NCBI GenBank assembly: GCA_028534125.1
Contig: CM052817.1
Location: 62,374,001-62,438,000, forward strand
From: Lama glama
Taxonomy: Eukaryota
Length of the DNA: 64,000 nucleotides
Reading direction: 5' to 3'
Shown in pieces: positions 1 through 12,520 of the stretch (positions within the stretch are counted from its first letter, which is position 1; each line of letters opens with the position of its first letter). The notes beneath the pieces are model-generated. The model worked only from the letters and a program-made list of their open reading frames with translations, ran no database searches and was not told the DNA's origin. The translations under genes were made by a program, and so were the position numbers.

Positions 1-879
1 CAGAACCTGTGCTTCACTTCATCTCTTCAACCTTAAAACTGCTTAGAGTCTTCACTCTTTTCATTTTGATATATCTCTCATATGAGTGACAAGTATATAC
101 TTGAGATAATAAAATGTGTTAGAATTGTCTGTTCGGCAGTGTTTTTGCTGATGTATTAATTCATTTCGTTTCACGTGCTCTATCACCATCATGTCTAACC
201 AGATTTTATGAGAGGGCTCACTGAAGTGAAAATCAGGCCAACGACTCGTTTAATATGAACTAATGAAAACTAGATATAAAAGGCCTTAGTAACTGTTTTG
301 GAGCTTTAATTGTCAAGTGGGTGTAAATTCTGAGCACTGCTAAGGAAAGGACTGTAATGAAGAAATTGGAATCACTTTGTGGTAACTGGTTTAATTAGTC
401 ATGTAAACAATGATGTCCTGGACAAAGACACTGAAATAGGAAGGGGGTTAATGCTTTCCACAAGGTAGGAGATGCACTTTGAAAGAGAAAAGAGAGCAGT
501 TTTGTTATCTTTCTTTTTCAAGGTTTGAGAGAAAATCATCATTAGCATGTCATAGCCATTTAAACAAAGCTCACTTTGTTCAGAGTAATCCGTAAGAATA
601 TTTACATTTAAAAAAAAAACTAACAAAGTATTTCAAAACTCCTGTTTTGTATTTATGGTATTGATGTGATAAATTTGTGGTTTGCCATGCGATTATCTAT
701 TACAATGTACAAAGAGGTGCTACAAAGAGGATAGCTATAAATACAGCCCATCGATTGTTCCTGGATGTTGAAAAGGTATTTTTATAGTATTAAATCAGGC
801 ATTGTCTATAATAATTGATTTAGGAAAAGGTAACAAGTGATGCCATGAGGTGACATGGAAGATTTTTAGGGAATAAATA

Positions 880-1678
880 TTGGTAGGATGCCAAGGTATC
901 ATCCAACAGATAATTTACTAAATACAAAGAAAAAAATTACAAATTTATGATGAAGATATCTATAACTCAGATCCTTGAATAGGTTCTCAAATTAGGCATC
1001 ATCACTGATAATGCTGCTTTATATGATACAGTAAGGAATAGAGAATATTTGTGCCAAATGATTTAAACTGAATTTAATCACAGGAAGTAAGCAGAGAAAT
1101 CCAGAAGGTAGAACATTTTACAAACAACTGGCCTGGATGCTTAAACAACAACTAAAGCCCCCAAAACCTCACAGTGTCGTAAAACAGAAAACAGAACAAA
1201 AATTCCAAAATATGAAAGGAGAAGGCACAGTTCTTATTTAAGAGACAGAGTATAAAAGGAAATTACTAATTTTGGATAGAAAAAGAAAGAAGTAAGATTA
1301 TGAAATACTTCTTCTGGGGAATATTGAAATCTATAATGTTTTCTGGGTAGTATCACATTAATATTGACTTTCTTAATATGATAATAGTATTGTGGTAATG
1401 TAGGTGATTGTCTTATTCTTAGGATATGTATGTTGAAGTAGGGCTTAAGTGTCATGATGTCTGCAACTTTCTGTCAAGAGATTAATCAAAATGCTACCCC
1501 CACCCCAGAAAAAACACACACACACACACACACACAAAGAAAAACAAAAAGAGGAAGAGATAGGACAAATGTGGCAAAATGTTTACAATTTGGTTTATGT
1601 AACTGAAGAGTGTATGAGTGTTCATTTTACTAATATTTCAGCTTTTCTGTAGATTTAATATCTTCAAAATAAAAAAAC
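880..1678 (+). mobile_element. Old L1 3' UTR fragment (L1MC/L1ME-like)
   Basis: Ends with a typical old-L1 terminus (...GTGTTCATTTTACTAATATTTCAGCTTTTCTGTAGATTTAATATCTTCAAAATAAAAAA). Upstream motifs resemble the L1MC copy at 18.9-19.9 kb. Confidence 0.65.
1514..1536. repeat. (CA)n microsatellite
   Basis: Directly visible AC dinucleotide run. Confidence 0.95.
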
Positions 1679-2374
1679 TGAAGAAGATTGGCATTCCATA
1701 TGGTATTGCATAAAAATAATTGTATTTGGGGCCTGCTGAATAGGGAGGTGCCTACTTCAGTTGAAGAATTTAGATCTCCTTACCACCCAGTGTTACTAAA
1801 CTCAGCGTTTTGAATATGCAGATAAATTAAATAATTCAGAATGTTAATTATTTCCTGAAAAGTCACAGCCCAAATTTCTCGTGGCATAAAAGACTCAATG
1901 ATTTCAGTTGTTTTTGCTCAGTATCACAGCTAGCATTATATTTAGCTTCTTAAATTATAAGGATGAAAAAAATTTCAAAGGGATTAGTCAATGCAACTCT
2001 ATAATTTCAATCAGGAAAGTTTATTTTTGCAAATTTTAGAAAATGCTAAATTAAAAAGAAACTCATTCTTAAAAAGACATATTATATGCATTTTTATATA
2101 AGCATTTAAACAGCCTTAGAAAATGCACAATTGAGTTATTTTGTTCACACCATTAATTAACTTATTTTGTTCAATAATTTAATTTCCCTTACTCTTGCAA
2201 ATAGATATATTTAGATGTTTGTCAAAAATCAACAGATAATACTCATGAACATAGAATTGAAAATATCCATCAAGCTGTTTCTCAAAATAGTGAAGTGCCT
2301 AAGTATGGAAGATGCTGTTAATGAGAGTTTGATTACATGAGCTTTATGCTTTGTTAACCTAGCTCATTATCATA

Positions 2375-4647
2375 CAGGTATACCTCAGAGACATTGTATG
2401 TTTGGTTCCAGAACGCATCAATAAAGCAAATATCACAATACAGTGAGTCAACTGAACGTTTTGGTTTCCTAGTGCATATAAAAGTTATGTTTATGCTACA
2501 CTGTAGTCTATTAAGTGTTCAATAGCATTATGTGTAAAAAATAATAATTAAAAATACTTTATTTCTAAAAAAATGCTAACCATATCTGAGACTTAGGCAG
2601 TTGTAATCTGTTTGCTGGTGGAGGGTCTTACCTCTATGTTGATGGTTGCTGACTGATCAGGATGGTGATTGCTAAAGGTTGATGTGGCTGTGACAATTTC
2701 TCAGAATAAGACAAGAATAAAATTTGCTGACTCCATTGATTCTTCCTTTTGCATGTGGTTTCTCTGTAGCTTACAATGCGGTTTGATAGTATTTTACCCA
2801 CAGTAGAACTTCTTTCAAAATTGAAGTCAGTCCTTTCAAACCCTGCCACTGCCTTATTAAGTAAGCTTATGTAATATTCTAAATACTGTATAGTCATTTC
2901 AACAATCTTCACAGATCTTTACCAGGAGTAGATTCTATCTCAAGAAACTGCTTTATTTGCTCATTGGTAAGAAGCAACTCCTTATCCATTAGGGGTTTAT
3001 CATGCAGCAATTCAGTCACATTTCAAGCTCCACTTCAAATTCTAGTTCTCTTGCAGTTCTTTCCTCCACTTACGTATTGAATCCCTTAACCCCATGAGCG
3101 ATAGAATCAACTTTTTACAAACTCCTGTGAATGTTGATATTTTGACCTCTTCCCATAAATCATGAATGTTCTTACTGGCATGTAGAATGGTGAATCTTTT
3201 CCAGAAGTTTTTCAACTGAGTTTGCCCATGGTCATCAGAGGAATCACTATTTGATGGTTGCTAGAGCCTTACAAAATGTACTTTGTAATAATAAGACTTA
3301 AAAGTCAGAATTGCTCCTTGAGTCTTGGGCTGCACAATGGATGTTGTATTAGTAAGCTTGAAAACAACATTCATCTTATTGTACGTCATTGTCAGAGGCT
3401 TGGGTGATGAGGTGCATTGTCAATGAGAGTAATATTTTGAAAGGAATCTTTTTTTTTTTTTTTCCTGAGCAGTAGTTCTCAACAGTGGGCTTAAAATAAT
3501 CAGTAAACCATGTTGTAAACAGATGTGCTATCATTCAGGCTTTGTTGTGTTGTTTATAGAGTACAGGCAGAGTAGATTTAGCATAATTTTTAAGGGCCCT
3601 ACGATTTTTTCAGAATGGTAAATTTACCAGGTACATTACCCCTAATAAGAGAGTCAGCTTGTCCTTTGAAACTTTGAAGCCAGGCATTAACTTCTCCTCT
3701 CTAGCTATGAAAATCCTAGATGTAATCTTCTTCCAATAGTCTGCATTCAAAATCTGTTGTGTTGTATAGCCAGTTTCATTAGTTATCTTAGTTAGATCTC
3801 CTGGCTAACTTGCTGCAGCTTTTGAATCAGCACTTGCTACCTCACCTTGCACTTTTATGTTATGGAGTTGACTTCTTTTCTTAAACCTCATCAGCTAACC
3901 TCTGCTGGCTTCAAGTTTTTTTTTCTGAAGCTTCCTCATCTCTTTCAGCCTTCACAGAATTGAAGAGAGTTAGGTCCTTGCTCTGGATTAGGCTTTGACT
4001 TAAGGGAATGTTGTGGCTGATTTGATCTATCTAGACTTTTACACTAAGTTATAACTTTCTCCATATCAGCAGTAAGGCTGTTTCACTTTCTTACATTTGC
4101 GTGTTCATTGGAGTAGCATAAATCTCCTTCAAGAACGTTTCCCTTACATTCACAACTTGGCTAGTTAGTTTTGTGCAAGATTGAAAGTGAGAGACATGTG
4201 ACTTTTTCACTTGAACACTTAGAGTCCGTTGTAGGGTTATTAATTGGCCTAATTTCAGTATTGTTTTGTCTTAGAATAGGAAGGTCTGAGGTGAGGGATA
4301 GAGATGGCAGAATGGCCAGTTGGTGGAGTCAGCAGTCAGAACACACACAACATTCATTGATTGTTAGCAGTCTTACATGGGCATGGCTCGTAGTGCCTCA
4401 AAACTATTATCAAAGATCACTGATTACAGATCACCATTACAAATGTAATAATAATGAAAAAGTTTGAAATACCGTAAGAATTACCTAAATGTGAAACAGA
4501 AACACAAAGTGAGCAAATGCTGTTGGAAAAACCATGTGAATAGACTTGCTCGATGCAGAGTTCCTACAAACATTCAGTTTGTAAAAACCTTCAATTTGCA
4601 GTATCTGGGAAGCATAATGAATTGAAACAATAAAAGAGGGCATGCAC
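2375..4647 (-). mobile_element. Tigger1 (TcMar-Tigger) DNA transposon, near full length, degenerate
   Basis: Left end TA|CAGGTATACCTCAGAGACATTG and right end ...GTATCTGGGAAGCATAATGAATTGAAACAATAAAAGAGGGCATGCA match the two Tigger1 termini. Minus-strand ORF 2634-2912 (IVEMTIQYLEYYISLLNKAVAGFERTDFNFERSSTVGKILSN...LISQQPST) matches the Tigger1/TIGD1-type transposase C-terminus. Confidence 0.95.
2634..2912 (-). pseudogene. Tigger1 transposase C-terminal remnant
   Basis: 92-aa ORF in the track resembles the Tigger1 transposase C-terminus. No long ORF is present upstream, so the transposase is disrupted. Confidence 0.85.
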
Positions 4648-4654
4648 ATGTGTG

Positions 4655-5340
4655 AAATGGAAGAATCCCAAGAATACAAGGATGATATAGTGTCAAAAAA
4701 TGTATTAATGTTATACAATCAGTAGATCAAATACATCAAAATCAGTCTTTTCAAGAGGCCCCTCAAAATTTGATAACATTCAAACAATTCCTATTAAAAA
4801 CTCAATCCATTCTACTAAAGAATAAACCCACCCAGGAATTAGATTCTAGGTAACCTTATAAAAAGTATTTGCTTCAAATAAACACCTAACATCAATTGAA
4901 CAGTACAACTTTAAAGGCATTCTCCATAAAATCAGCAATATTTAATAATTGACAATAACACTATTATTTTTTACCCTTTTTGGGAGGTAGGTTTTATACG
5001 ATACAATTTGACTTGAAATAGAGATGAGAACTATAATTTTGGAAATAAGGAAAATAAATTATTACTTATAGAGTATATTAATATATACTTATAAAACAAA
5101 AATGATTTGGTGGAAGGAAATAGACACAATAGGAAAATTCAGTTAAGCATTTGGATCAAGTATAATTAGTAACTTTCTCATTCAAGATATCAGTTAGAAA
5201 ACATTAAAAATGTTTATTCATAATAACACCATAAATTACAAAACTCTAAGAATTAAATTTAAGAGGAAATTATTAAGGTATATGTGAGGCAAGTTATAAA
5301 CTTCTTTTGATAAATGATTAATTTGAAAAAAACAATTTTT
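4655..5340 (+). mobile_element. Highly diverged L1 ORF2 (RT region) fragment
   Basis: ATCCCAAGAATACAAGGATGA, AAATTTGATAACATTCAAACAATT and AACTTTAAAGGCATTCTCCATAAAATCAG resemble the IPGMQGW / FDKIQHPF / LKAFPLRS codons of L1 ORF2. Confidence 0.65.
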
Positions 5341-5364
5341 CACTTACAGGAAAATAGTTAACTA

Positions 5365-5480
5365 TCTTGCTGGTACCTTGTTCTTAGACTTGCCAGCTTC
5401 CAGAACTTGTGAGAAATACATTTATATTGTTTAAACCAGTCGATGATATTTTGTTAAGACAGCACAAGTGGACTAATATA
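5365..5480 (+). mobile_element. MaLR LTR (MLT1) 3' fragment
   Basis: GCTGGTACCTTGTTCTTAGACTTGCCAGCTTCCAGAACTTGTGAGAAATACATTT...GACTAATATA is a typical MLT1 LTR end. Confidence 0.75.
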
Positions 5481-5649
5481 GGAGAGAAGGAGAAAAGGAC
5501 TGAAATCTGCTCTGGATCGTTGATAGATTACTCTTATCCACTTGAGAATTTTGGGCCAAGGACAGTCAATAATAACCATGCTCATTGCAGAGGTTCATTC
5601 TTCCAATTGTGCTAAATAACATCCTGTCATTGACTCATTCACTCCTTTC

Positions 5650-6840
5650 TACTGTGTCTTTACCATCACCAGATAATCAGAATCCCTCACCTTCTCCACT
5701 GCTAGTATCCCGGTCTCTGCACAATTTTCTCTCATCTGGCCTATTGCTATTGCTTCCTAACTGAGTTCCCTTCTTATCTCTTTCACTTTTCAGTCTGTTC
5801 CCACCATAGTGATTCTGCTAGAACTAAGTCAGATCATGTTGTTCATCTATACAAAATCACCCAATGCCCTTTTTATCTGTTTTATAGCAAAAGCTAAAGT
5901 TCTTACCATGGCCTGAAAGACAGACAGTCTGAGCCACTGTTAGCTTCCTGATCCAATCTCCTACCTTTTCTCAATCTTTTCAGGTGTTCTGACCCATCTT
6001 GTTGATTTTTGAACATAACCAGGAATGCTTCTGCTTCAGTACTTTTATATTTCCTATTTTCTCTACGTGGAACATTCTTCTCCAAGATATCCCCATAGCT
6101 CATCCTCTCACATTTTTTCTGGCCCTTATTCAAATGTCAGTTTTCTTCATGAGGTCTTCACTGCTGTTGAATGGGTTAAATGGTGTCCTCCTGAAAACAA
6201 AAAATATGTTGAAGTCCTAATTCCTGGTGTCTCAGAATGTGACCTAATTTGGGCATAGGGTATTTGCAGATGTAATTACTTAAGATGAGTAGGGTGGGCC
6301 ATTAACTGGTGTCCTCAGAAGACAACCATGTGAACACAGAGACACAGAAGGAACAGTGAGGGCATGAGGGCAGTGATTGGAGTTCTGTTGCTGTAAGCCA
6401 AGGAATACCAAAGATTGCTGGCAAACAACCAGAAATTAGGAAGAGGAAAGGAAAGATTCAAAAGGAGCATGACCTTGCTGAAACCTTAGTTTCAGACTTC
6501 TAGAACTAAGGCAATCAGTTTATGTTGTTTTAAGCCATCTGGTTTGTAATGCTTTGTTATAGCAGCCCTAGGAACTAATATAGCTGCCCTGTCTGAAATT
6601 GCAGGTCCTGGGATCCCCTGTCCCCTGAACCTGCTTTAGTTTTTGCCTTAGCACTTGACATCTAACCTGCAATATTTTCTACTTATTTACTTTGTATATT
6701 TTTGGCCTAACTACCCCCAAACCCTACCACAAATGCCAGCAACATGAGACTAGCACTTGAAACAATTCTTGCTATTGTATAGATCCTCAAAATATATCTC
6801 TTGACTGAAGCAATGAAGATATGAATGAATGAGGGAATGA
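5650..6840 (+). mobile_element. L2 LINE 3' region, interrupted by an MLT1 LTR
   Basis: Pyrimidine-rich L2 motifs (AAGTCAGATCATGT, TGGAACATTCTTCTCCAAGATATCC, CAAATGTCA) and a TGAATGAATGA-type tail near 6820-6840. Confidence 0.75.
6165..6582 (+). mobile_element. MaLR solo LTR (MLT1B/C-like)
   Basis: Starts TGTTGAATGGGTTAAATGGTGTCC, contains CAGAATGTGACCT...TTTGCAGATGTAATT and ends TTTGTTATAGCAGCCCTAGGAACTAATATA. Flanked by a 5-bp TSD, ACTGC (6160-6164) / GCTGC (6583-6587). Confidence 0.9.
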
Positions 6841-7369
6841 GTCAAGTAATTTGTTCTATCTCCATGGAGAAGAGTATGGGATGTTTCAAAATGACATGAA
6901 TGTTTTGGAAAATTGCTCTGCTTACTGTATAAAATACTGTAAGTGGAAAGGAACATCCCTTTTTATAAAATCTTACACAGATATATATGATTTTGAAGGC
7001 TTTAAATGACATGAGAAATTCTTACTGTTTTATGAAAAAGGTAGTTTATAAAATAGTTTCTACAATATAATCATAGCTGTAAAACAAACTTTTGAATAAA
7101 GAATAGATTAGAGGAAATATTCTAAATTTCTATTCATGGTGTTTTGATTACACTATGTAAGATTATTTTCTTTATTTTATTCTGAAATTTCTATACATTA
7201 TGAAATATGTGTAATTATAATTAATTATTTTAAAATGCTTTATTTCTCTCAGTTAGCCTCATGGCTGCCCATGCTCTTGCAAAATATCAGGCAAAAACCC
7301 AGAAGTGAAGTTATGATAATTCCATGACAAACTTTTAAAACCATATCACAGGACTAAGCCACAAAAGTT

Positions 7370-7869
7370 NNNNNNNNNNNNNNNNNNNNNNNNNNNNNNN
7401 NNNNNNNNNNNNNNNNNNNNNNNNNNNNNNNNNNNNNNNNNNNNNNNNNNNNNNNNNNNNNNNNNNNNNNNNNNNNNNNNNNNNNNNNNNNNNNNNNNNN
7501 NNNNNNNNNNNNNNNNNNNNNNNNNNNNNNNNNNNNNNNNNNNNNNNNNNNNNNNNNNNNNNNNNNNNNNNNNNNNNNNNNNNNNNNNNNNNNNNNNNNN
7601 NNNNNNNNNNNNNNNNNNNNNNNNNNNNNNNNNNNNNNNNNNNNNNNNNNNNNNNNNNNNNNNNNNNNNNNNNNNNNNNNNNNNNNNNNNNNNNNNNNNN
7701 NNNNNNNNNNNNNNNNNNNNNNNNNNNNNNNNNNNNNNNNNNNNNNNNNNNNNNNNNNNNNNNNNNNNNNNNNNNNNNNNNNNNNNNNNNNNNNNNNNNN
7801 NNNNNNNNNNNNNNNNNNNNNNNNNNNNNNNNNNNNNNNNNNNNNNNNNNNNNNNNNNNNNNNNNNNNN
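7370..7869. other. Assembly gap (500 N)
   Basis: Run of exactly 500 N. Confidence 1.
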
Positions 7870-8536
7870 CAATATTGATTATTCTAATCCAGGAGCATGG
7901 GATATCTTTCCAGTTTTTAAAGTCTTCTTTAATTTCCTTCATCAATGATTTATAGTTTTCTGTGTATAATTCTTTCACTTCCTTGGTTAGATTTATTCCT
8001 AGGTATTTTATTACTTTGGGTGCTATTTTAAAGGGGATTGTTTCTATACTTTCTTTTCCTGTTGATTCATCATTAGTGTAAAGAAATGCAACTGATTTGT
8101 GAACGTTAATCTTGTAACCTGCTACCTTGCTGAATTCTTCGATCAGCTCTAGTAGTTTTGTGTGGACCTTTTAGGGTTCTATATATATTGTAACATGTCA
8201 TCAGCATATAGTGACACTTTTACCTCTTCTTTTCCAATTTAGATCCCTTTTATTTCTCTCTCTTGCCTGATTGCTGTGGCTAGGACTTCCAAGACTATGT
8301 TGAATAGGAGTGGTGACAGTGGGCAGCCTTGTCTTGTCCCAGATTTTAGTGGGAAACTTTTGAGTTTTTCACCATTGAGTACTATGCTGGCTGTAGGTTT
8401 GTCATATATAGCTTTTACTATGTTGAGATATGTTCCTTCTGTACCCACTTTGGTGTGAGTTTTTATCATAAATGGTGTTGAATTTTATCAAAAGCTTTTT
8501 CTGCATCTATTGAGATGATCATGTGGTTTTTGTCCT
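7870..8536 (-). mobile_element. Relatively young 5'-truncated L1, ORF2 reverse transcriptase region
   Basis: Minus-strand translation gives [51 protein letters not shown], the VSLYADDM catalytic motif (~8193-8216) and [18 protein letters not shown]...[10 protein letters not shown] premature TAA follows IKGI. Confidence 0.95.
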
Positions 8537-8659
8537 GTACCTGATGGACATTCTTGAGGGCTGTGTCAGCAGCTACTGGCTTTACAGTGGTCCTGATGGC
8601 AGCAGCAGTCCTACAAGGTCACACATAATTTCAGCAAATACCTTCTAATAATAATAACA

Positions 8660-8900
8660 ATAATTATTAATGTTTGTTAAATTGTTATGAGTTAAGGACT
8701 GTGCTGAATAATGCAAATGATCTTATATAATCTCAGCATAAATATACAAAATAGACCATATTGTTATATTCCCATTTTGTTGAAGAAAAAAGATCCTATT
8801 ATTAACTTGATAAAAAGTCTATAGCTAGAAGTGGCAAAAATAAGATCAGGTCTATCTATTACCAAATTCCAAGATCTTGGTCACTATACTGTACTGCCTC
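8660..8900 (-). mobile_element. MIR SINE
   Basis: MIR core-like motifs (ATTCCCATTTTG, AGCTAGAAGTGGCA, CACTATACTGTACTGCCTC). Confidence 0.7.
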
Positions 8901-10074
8901 CTAGCCAACCTGTCTTAACTTTGTTATTTTTTAATGAGTATTTGTCTAAGTCGGGGGGTAGATACATGGAACTGTGCATTACGTTGATATTCAGTCTGAG
9001 ATATCCCTGGTGAAATTGACTCCTGTTTGTTCTGAAGCCTAGCTTCTGAAAAGTTTTTAGAACACAATTTTTTACAACACAATAATGACATAATTATCGA
9101 GTTATGTGCTGGAGGCTTCTATCTGAAGGCATTTTCAGACTTGAAAAAGCATTTTAAATTTTCTAAGATTTTGGGATATGATGGGATATAATTTTTTAAG
9201 CAAAGACTACACTATACTTTTGTTCACCTGCATGAACTAAAAGTGTAACAGATGCAAATAGAATAGAAATCAAAGGAATATCAGAGAAGAAAAGCTGGTA
9301 GCAACAAAAATTCAGCTCTAGTAAATGAATGGCTGATCCAGCAGTCCTTTTCTTTGAAGTTTTGATCTGAAAGAATAACAACAAAAAGAGACTGAGGAAG
9401 AAAAACAAAAACTTGTTTACACAAGAGTAAAAATAAGCATGTCAGGTAATTTCCTCTTCTTTAAACACCCTAAGGAAGCCAACTTCAAGGTGGAGGACTT
9501 CCTCTAGGTTCTTAAATGAGAATAGAGGGAAACTCCATTTTTAAAATAAGCCTGTTATCAAAGATGTGTCCCTAGATCCCATGAAACCAATCTGATCAGA
9601 TGCTGTGATTGTTAATGTACTCCAGGGCAAATTCACGTGACATTTCCTTCAGAAATACAGAGAGATGTTTAGAATTATTTATAAACAGTCTTTTGAAAAA
9701 TGGTGGGTCTGTCTTGGCTATGTGACAAATGTTAATCACACTAATTTGGGGATATTTACTAACATGATACATGTAAATGGGATTCAGTTTATTGAATTAT
9801 GTGAACTCTTGAGACAGGCAAAAATTTATAAATCATCTGGGGCTTTAACAAAAAAGCAAAGGAAAGTTATTTGCAGATATTCCATTTATTTATCCAATAT
9901 TTACTGAGCTCTCTGATTGACAATATGAGGGTGGCTTAAAAGAGGGAGTGACCCCAAAGTTTTAAAGAATCAGTAAGAGTTTTCCAGAAATATGAGGGTG
10001 AATCAGAATTCTAATCAGAGGAAAGAACAGAGAAAAAGGGCAGGAAAAGAGCCCAACCATTATGTGAGGATCTT

Positions 10075-10230
10075 TAATTACCTACAGTATAATCACTTGG
10101 AGTGTTTATTAAAAGTGAGGTTACTGAGCCTTGTCCCATGCCAAGTCAATCACACTCAGTAATAGCAGAGGGAAAGAATTTACATTTTAATAGGCACACC
10201 CAGGATGTTTTTAAGATTGGAGAATTGTAA
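10075..10230. mobile_element. MER5-type hAT-Charlie MITE
   Basis: AATCACTTGGAGTGTTTATTAAAA...CATTTTAATAGGCACACCCAGG...TTGGAGAA pattern. Confidence 0.6.
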
Positions 10231-10399
10231 GTATAGATGATAGAAGTATCTGGACTCAAGCAACGGGATTTCACAGCCTGTTTTACACTTACAGAGAATA
10301 TGCTGATGGCCTATGAATAATGAGAGAAGTTTGAAAATGAAGGAAAGCAACCTGTTAAAAGACTGGTACTCTGATCCTTAACTCCCTTTCCCTTTCCCA

Positions 10400-11600
10400 A
10401 CTGTTTTAATCAGGTTTTTGTTTCTAAACTCTTGTCAAAGTTACCAAGAATCTTTAACTTTCTAAAATACTAACTCTCCACCTACATCTCAACAGCATTT
10501 GAAAAAAAAAATCACCCACTCTAAAATACTTGTTTCCTGAGAAACCACCTGATACTCATATTCCTTTTCCATCATAGGCCTCTCTTTCTACTTCTGCTTT
10601 ACTGCATCCTCTAGAACCTTGACTTCTTTTTTCTCTTTCAATACTTACTCTTTGAAACAGTAACTTTAAATTATCCATATAATTAGACCCCCACATCTAT
10701 TTCCAGACCCACTCTTTTCCTTTTCCTTTACACCTTATATGTTCAACTATCTACTCAAAATTTCTGCTTTGATGTCTAGATGGAATTTCAAATATTTATG
10801 ATTAAAAAGCAATCCCCCTAGACCCAAACTTGCTCCTTTTCCAGTCTTACTCATCTTAGGTAATGGCATCCCCACTTCATTAGGCCAAATACCTAATAAT
10901 CATCCTTACTTCTTTCTTTCCTTCCTTCCTCCCTCCCTCCCTCCCTCTCCTTCTCTCTCCTCCCCCCTCTTTTTATATTTCATGATTGATCCATCAGCAA
11001 GCCCACTGGAACCTCCCTTAAACTATATCCTGAATCTGACATCTTCTCATGAACTCCATGGCTGTTATTCTAGTTTCAGGCACCTGCATTGGTGATTCTC
11101 TGGATAAAAGCAGTTGACTCCTACCAGATATCTTTGCCTTTATTTTTACCTGATACAGTAAATTTTTTGTAGTGATCCTGAGTGACCTTGAAGAACATAA
11201 AAATACCACTATCCTGCTGAAAGTCCTCCAATGGCTATCATACTTAACATAAAACCCAAAGGCCTTACTATCTCTGTTGGCAGTATCTTCTGTGTTTATA
11301 CTTTATTTCTTCTGCTTCAGCAGTGATTCATATACAACTTTCTATGACCACCTTACTTAAACAGTTCTCTCTCCTCTATGTTATTCTGTAGCCCCCTACC
11401 AGGCTTTTATTCACAGCATTATCACTAAAATTGTACTATATAAGTATTAGCTAGCTTAGATATTGCCTCTCTTCCTCGTGGGAACATAAACTCCATAGGA
11501 ATACTTTATCTTGTTTACATTTTTTTTTAAATCCCCTGTACTGAAAACAGCCTAGTAGTTGATGGAAGGCATATAAAGAATATTTGTTAAATGAGTGAAT
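10400..11600 (+). mobile_element. L2 LINE fragment
   Basis: Pyrimidine-rich L2 body, ending with AATATTTGTTAAATGAGTGAAT. Confidence 0.7.
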
Positions 11601-12159
11601 CTTTTATATATAATATGTTGAAGGCTGAATTATAGCATTATGAACAAGAGTGGTGAGAAAAGAGAAAAGGATGATTCTGCTTTGCAAAATTAAGAGTAAT
11701 TTTAACTAACATGTCATATCATACTATAATGTGATAAGGCAAAGAACTAGAAAACATGAAAAATATTAATGTTTCTATTATCAAAATGACAGTACAAAGG
11801 ATAAAATGGTTAATCTATTCAAAAGAATGGGATATTAACAGATGTGGGTTTGAAGGGTTCTTGAAAATGGAGTTGCTGTGGAGGAATAGGAGGTAAAAAA
11901 GGGAAGAAAATGTGCAGAGATGAGTTGAACAGACACTCTAGGCATAGAGATTGATGTTAAAAGTCATGAAGATTTGGGGAAACTGCAAATAATTAATCAG
12001 ACTAAACTATGGGGTTGGAGATTAGGGCAAAGTGGAAGGTATGACATAGGGGTGAAAAATGATCCCATCCCAGGTATTTGCAGCTTTGAAGACCATACCT
12101 ATATTACTGGGAATTAATCTTAAAGAGACATTGAAGAGTTTTAAGCAGAGAGGATAACC

Positions 12160-12520
12160 TGTAGTGGACTTCTTTTGTCACTGCAAAACTGAAATGTTTT
12201 GAGAGTCCCAAATATTATAGCAAGATCTTAACTCCAACCATGGTGCCTGAAATGGGACAGACAGTACCTCCCATTGCTCCCTGGCAGCCAAGGCAAGGAC
12301 ACATGGTTTAGCCATTTGGATGCTGTGACTGGGAGAAACCATGTTCACCATGATAATGGAAGAATCAAGAATTCAGGACTATGGTTGCTACTGTGTGTGC
12401 ATTGCAACAACACTATAGAGCACTGAGCACAGCATTCTTAGTCCTTAGAGCTTTAAAAGACCTTTTCAGCTTTCTAAATTTTTTGGATAAGAAGGTTAAT
12501 GTTGCAGCTCTCAGAAACCA
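12160..12520 (+). mobile_element. Ancient ERVL LTR (LTR33-like)
   Basis: Starts TGTAGTGG and contains CTCCCTGGCAGCCAAGGCAAGGACACATGG...GCCATTTGGATGC, which resembles LTR33. Family call is tentative. Confidence 0.45.

Noticed and set aside
7346..7978. 210-aa and 172-aa ORFs
   Set aside because: Artefacts of reading through the N gap. The real part is L1 ORF2.
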